In this document: positions 62,820 through 64,000 of the stretch, piece by piece
Layout: every line of letters starts with the position of its first letter
Position numbering within the stretch: position 1 is the first letter of the stretch
Source: the human T2T-CHM13v2.0 reference genome, Homo sapiens
Reading direction: 5' to 3' (one strand)
Assembly: GCF_009914755.1 (NCBI RefSeq)
Contig: NC_060934.1
Length of the DNA stretch: 64,000 nucleotides
Translations under genes and position numbers: made by a program
Notes under the pieces: generated by a model
Databases searched by the model: none
What the model saw: only the letters and a program-made list of their open reading frames with translations
Told to the model about the DNA's origin: nothing

Positions 62820-64000
62820 GGACTTTCCGCCCCTTCTAAGGCCTCGCTCCCAGGCTCGGAGACGCGCCCCGCCCCAGGGGAAAAGGTGCTGGCCCGGCCC
62901 CACGGGGCGCGGCCTCGCCTCCCGCACCCCAGGTCCCTACCGCCCAGCAGGGCGCGCTGCCACTCTGAGCAGACACCTGTCCCTTCGCCACAATCGGCGA
63001 CTCCCCAAGGAACTGACGCCCCCAGAGCCACCACCACCGCCGGGACTGCCAGCTGCCAGCGGGCCCCGCAAGCCCTAGGAGCTGCAGGAATCCTCGTAAA
63101 CTTACAGTTTTCCTACAGCGTGCGCGTCACAGCGGGGTGACGTCACGGGCCCAGCAGTCGGGGAGGTCAAGCCACGGGGCGCGGGCCGCTGGGCCCCCAG
63201 GCTCCGCCCTCGCCCCGCCCCGGCGCCGCGGCGGGAGACACGCCCCCGAGCTCCACGCCCTCGAGCTCCACGCACCTCCCCGTAGCAGACACCCCGCGCA
63301 GGCGCAGACGGCCTCTGCGCCCGCATGCCTGTGGGCTTCGCCGACCGGGGCGCCTGCGGCGGCGACTGCTCTACCAAAGCCTCACTCAAAGCCTGAAGTC
63401 GGGGTTAGAGGAGGAGGAGGGGCCGACAAAAGGGGACGGAGACCTTCAGAAATACTGTAAACAAGCTGTCGCCCTGGGGGCTGGAGTAAGACGCCTGGGT
63501 TGTGAGGTAGTTTTTCCACAGACATTGCCCGCCTTCCTCACGTGTTCGTTAAAAGTTCTCCACGTGTGGAAACAGCCATTTGCTCTCCATCAGGTGCTGG
63601 CGGGTCCTCAGCCCTGAAAAGACAGCTCTCCCAGGGTCCCTCGCTCCTCCCCGGCTCGACGCGGCTCCCGCTAGACTCCGCCCAGACCCCGAGCAGTCCC
63701 CGCCCATCTCTTGACTATGCCCCTCCCACGCCCACTTAGGCCTTGCCCCTGGGTCCCGCCCTTCCGGCTCCCGCCCCTGGCTCCCGGCTCCCGCGGGCCC
63801 CCACCTGCCCTTCTTGCCCTGGCGCCGCCTCCAGCCCAGCCCGTTTCTTGCAGATTTTAGCTTCTCCCTTGCCTGCCGCCTTTCCCGTTTCGGCTCGGTG
63901 AAGCTACCTATGGGTTGCTGTTCATTTAACAAACGGTGATCCGGATAAACATGTTCACTTCTTCGCCTGGGCAAACTTTCCAGCCCCCGACCCACTCATG
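62820..64000. promoter_or_regulatory. CpG island / promoter region
   Basis: abrupt GC/CpG enrichment; GTGACGTCAC CRE 63137-63146, GC boxes 63201-63221, NRF1-like GCGCAGGCGCA 63296-63306, GTAAACAA 63457-63464, CACGTG 63539 and 63561. Confidence 0.9.
63100..63108 (-). other. Candidate first-exon 5' splice site
   Basis: minus strand AAACT|GTAAGT inside the CpG island. Confidence 0.55.

Noticed and set aside
62777-63995. Overlapping Pro/Arg/Gly-rich ORFs in the CpG island as standalone CDSs
   Set aside because: Expected from stop-codon scarcity in GC-rich DNA; no recognisable domain

Overview
Primate (human-like) genomic DNA, as shown by AluJ/S/Y, L1PA/L1M, L2, MIR, MaLR/ERV LTRs, and Hsmar1, Tigger and hAT DNA transposon fossils. 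It reads as mostly intronic sequence. A CpG-island promoter lies at the right end (~62.8-64.0 kb; CRE, GC boxes, NRF1, E-boxes, FOXO site) with a minus-strand splice donor at 63105. Candidate small minus-strand exons lie at 19508-19626 and 5876-5934, and a possible internal promoter at ~5.0-5.4 kb. I could not identify the host gene and found no convincing known protein-coding exon; the listed ORFs are mostly repeat-derived or chance. Most unusual structures: (1) an ~85 bp, ~94%-identical inverted duplication spanning an LTR/flank junction beside a candidate exon; (2) a four-piece Tigger1(-)/Tigger1(+)/L1(+)/L1(-) mosaic whose L1 piece ends where a separate L1PA 46 kb away begins; (3) a full-length Hsmar1 with an intact SETMAR-binding TIR; (4) two MaLR proviruses retaining internal regions; (5) a phase-compatible three-exon ORF for a hypothetical 105-aa RG-rich/poly-Asp protein. 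Repeat subfamily names come from recalled consensus sequences. Boundaries are approximate unless TSDs or TIRs are cited.
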